Shown here piece by piece: positions 60,465 to 64,000 of a DNA stretch of 64,000 nucleotides. How positions within the stretch are numbered: position 1 is the stretch's first letter; the number at the start of each line of letters is the position of its first letter. Both the position numbers and the translations under genes were made by a program. The stretch lies in assembly GCF_009914755.1 (NCBI RefSeq), contig NC_060945.1; one strand, written 5' to 3'. The notes beneath the pieces are model-generated. The model searched no databases and had not been told where the DNA came from. It saw nothing but the letters and a program-made list of their open reading frames with translations. The stretch is from the human T2T-CHM13v2.0 reference genome, Homo sapiens.

Positions 60465-60767
60465 GTAGGTGTCTGTGCTTAACTCTTACCTGCCTCAGCC
60501 TAACCCACCATGGTCCAGAGCAGCTCCACCCCACAAGAGGCCGGGCTCCCTTTAGGGACCTGGGGATGTGGGCGTCACCTTCTCCCTAACCGCCAGGCTC
60601 TGTTGCCTCTGTCTGAAGCCTTGCTAAATGTTGTGGGATGTTTGAACATCTCAGCCGACTTCCAGCTCCGCCACAGACGGCGTCCTCACTGACCCTGACC
60701 GCTACTTGATGTTTGGTGCATGTTCATAAAAGGGTATTTTGACTAAGAATATTATAATCTGATCTAA

Positions 60768-61096
<329 letters not shown>

Positions 61097-61591
61097 AAAG
61101 TGACTTATAATTTTCATAATGGTATAGTTGGATAGAGTTATCTTCCGGAATGTCTCATTTTTTTTTCTTTTGTATTTAGGCTATTTTGTTTGTGATTTGC
61201 TTTATTTTTTATAACTTTTTAAAAATTATTTTTAAATTTACATACAGTAAAATTTGCCCTTTCCTGGTGTAGTGTCATACAAGTTCACACACACACACAT
61301 CCCTGTAACCTTCATAAGTAACCACCATTCACAGAGCACACAGCGATGGCCCCCCCAAAAAGAGCAGCAGGCATCTCCGCCTGCCACAGGCCCTGGCTCT
61401 CTCCCAGAAAGGTGTGTCAGTGGAACCAGCCCGTCTGGGACCTCCTAAACTGGCTTTTTTCACTTTTTGGGTTTTTTTTCTGAGACAGGGCCTTGCTGCA
61501 TCTCCCAGGCTGGAGTGCAGTGGAGCAGTCACAGCTCACTTCAGCCTTGACCTCCCAGGTTCAGGGATCCTCCTGCCTCAGCCTCCTGACC

Positions 61592-61838
61592 TGCAGTGGT
61601 GTCAGCAGCAACCTGTGCACGTCCTCCCGTACACTCTTAAGTCATCTCTAAGATCACTTGCAGCACCTCATTCAGTGTAAATGCCACGTAAATAGTTGTC
61701 ATCCTGTATTGTTTAGGGTGTAGGGGCAAGAAAAGAAGCACACGTTTGGTACAGACACATCGTTTTTTCTGAATATTTTTCACCCACAGTTGGTTGAATC
61801 CATGGATGTGGAACCCACAGCTGTCGAGAGTTGACTGT
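61592..61838. mobile_element. MER2-like (TcMar-Tigger) MITE fragment
   Basis: aaatagttgtcatcctgtattgtttaggg...gttggttgaatccatggatgtggaacccac matches the remembered MER2 end. Confidence 0.75.
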
Positions 61839-62209
61839 GCTTGTAGTTACCAGTGGTTGGCATTTCTAGGACCGGAGAATATGAGAGTGTTTAAGGCTTA
61901 AAGCTTTGAATTTGGGGTGATTTTACAAAGAATTGGTTTTCTGTTTCTGTTAAAATGTACCTTTTTTGCAATCATACTTCAGCAAGTGGCATGTCGTAAT
62001 TACTCCATGTTAATTCTTTGGCTGATCACAGCACGGCGTAACCTAGGCCCTGCTGAGGGGGTGCTGAAGTTGAGGAGGGGCCAGGTGTGGTGTGGTCAGC
62101 CTGGCCTCCCCGCACATGGCCTTCTCCCTCACCTGCCCCCGGCTGCGTCTCTAAGATGCTCTTGTTGACGAGCAGCTCTGTAGACAGCGCTGGCTGTGCT
62201 TCCTTACAG

Positions 62210-62329
62210 AGGTCGGAAAGGTCTGCTTGGAAGCCAGACGAAACGGCTCCACAGAGTTCCCTGAGGCGCCCAGACCCCGGCCGGCTTCCACCAGCTGCCA
62301 GCGAGGAAGCACACACCAGCAATGTCAAG
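62210..62329 (+). CDS. PCNT: PCNT exon 42 (120 nt) RSERSAWKPDE...TSNVK
   Basis: ccttacag|agg ... aag|gtagga. Confidence 0.94.
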
Positions 62330-62982
62330 GTAGGAACGGTGCCACGAGTATAGAACTTTGGTGCTTTTTTAAGTCCTGGGTTTGCAAATTGCAGGCAAAG
62401 CATTTTTGTGACCACAAGGTTCTCGTCTGCCGGGTGTAGCAGTCACATCACTAAAGGAAAGGACGTTCACAGAATAAACTTCGGCTTGAATTTTGTTTTA
62501 ATTGTGCACAAATACTGAGTTTCTGTGCTTGTTAAGCGTGGAACGTGGAAGGCTTTGACAAAGTCAGCAAATGGCGGCCTCTGCAGCCTGAGGGAGGCCT
62601 GGCCCAGGGGCTTGCCGGGATTCGGCCCAAGATCTGCTGCAGTCTCCTGATGGCACACGGTCCCCACCCCGTGACGTCCATCTCATGCCCAGTTTGGACC
62701 TTACCTAAGGGGTGAAATGCAAGAAGCTTCATAGGGGCTCATTTGATGATGCTGTGGAGAGGAGCTTGTGGTCCTAGATCTTGTCTGACAAACACAAATT
62801 GATCTTCCAACAGCAAGGTTGTTTCTGGCCACAGATACTGTTGGAAGGCCGATGGCCTCTGTGATGATTTGATGGGAAAAAACAATCTGACTCTTTGGAA
62901 AGAGCAATGGTGTTAATGTGCTTTTGTCAGCAAGACAGTCTTTGTTTCCTATGATAAAATTTTACTGCTTTTTTTCTTCTAG

Positions 62983-63212
62983 ATGGAAAAATTGTACCTG
63001 CATTACTTGAGAGCAGAGAGCTTTAGAAAAGCTCTGATTTATCAAAAGAAGTATCTTTTGCTGTTGATTGGTGGATTCCAGGATTCTGAACAAGAAACAC
63101 TCTCCATGATTGCCCATTTGGGGGTATTTCCTTCCAAAGCAGAACGGAAAATCACATCTCGTCCTTTCACCAGGTTCCGCACGGCCGTCAGGGTGGTCAT
63201 TGCAATATTAAG
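62983..63212 (+). CDS. PCNT: PCNT exon 43 (230 nt), PACT centrosomal-targeting/calmodulin-binding domain
   Basis: tcttctag|atg ... aag|gtaaat; LYLHYLRAESFRKALIYQKKYLLLLIGGF...RFRTAVRVVIAI is the PACT signature. Confidence 0.98.
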
Positions 63213-64000
63213 GTAAATGCCATGACGTTCAGTCAGTGCGTTCCGCGTCTGTCTCCGTGAGTGGGCAGCACACTGCATGGTTTTTTGGTCATTTTATTCC
63301 TTGAAACTCCATAATATGTTCTTTTTAAAGATGAATGGCATTTGAGGCCTTAGAGAAAATACAGATGATGAACTTGTCTTCAAGAAGTCATGTGTATGAA
63401 TCTCTCACCTTCTAAAACTAAAGATTTAAGGGCACCTTTGTATTACAGAGGAACATCTTGACTTTTAATGGGTTTCGTGCCACAAAGAACGTGCTGAATT
63501 TCTAAAACTGTTTTTCCCCCTAAACACTGTGCGGCTGTGCCTGCTCCCTGATGCCACAGAGGTGTTTCCCAAGGCCACGCGCGGGCCTGTCTGGAGTAGC
63601 AGATGCAGCAGAGAGCAGCTAGGAATCCCGCTCCTTTCAGAGACCAGGTGCCGAGCCAGTTCAGTCATCGCGGCTGCAGGCTGGGCCAAAGTGGGGTGCA
63701 GGCGAGGCCTCCTGGGTTGCTGTACTCTCAGCTTCTCTGGTCCTGGGGCACTTTGTCTCCTCGTCTCTGAGCTCCCCTGACCGTAGGCCTCCACCGTCCA
63801 TCCTTCCACCCACCCATCTGTCCATCCTGTGTTCATGGGGAGAACACCCTGCAGGAGGAAGCATTTTAGGCACTAGATAGGGGAGGTAAGCAGACCCAGA
63901 TCCTACCTCCTGTCGAGGAGGGGAGATCTTTTGAAGGCAGTGGTGTCCCAGAAAGGAGCAGTCTCTGTGTCCCTGTGAGGGCACTGCCTAGGGTAGCTGC

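Overview
Human (primate) genomic DNA. The whole window lies inside PCNT (pericentrin/kendrin, 21q22.3), transcribed on the + strand. I located 28 consecutive GT-AG coding exons that join into one uninterrupted 6,458-nt reading frame, running from coiled-coil segments to the PACT domain. They match exons 16-43 (about c.3166-9623, aa 1056-3208) of the canonical transcript; that numbering is from memory, but the exon lengths and phases were checked in the sequence. The introns hold more than 30 Alus, L1/MIR/MaLR/MER2 fragments, an antisense RPL18A processed pseudogene and at least six minisatellites. Most long ORFs in the supplied track are repeat artefacts. The unusual signals concern RNA processing: (1) a 60-bp VNTR that amplified the exon-29 splice donor into seven identical donors, four of the extra ones in frame; (2) a young 97.5%-identical copy of exon 19, with its acceptor, pasted into an old Alu 701 bp downstream; (3) an in-frame 78-nt fossil exon in intron 27 whose acceptor reads CG instead of AG; (4) 33-nt and 21-nt micro-exons plus cryptic exon candidates in intron 32; (5) minisatellites born from an L1 and from an Alu tail, the latter repeating AATAAA 12 times. 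Functional consequences are hypotheses, and I could not check novelty without databases.
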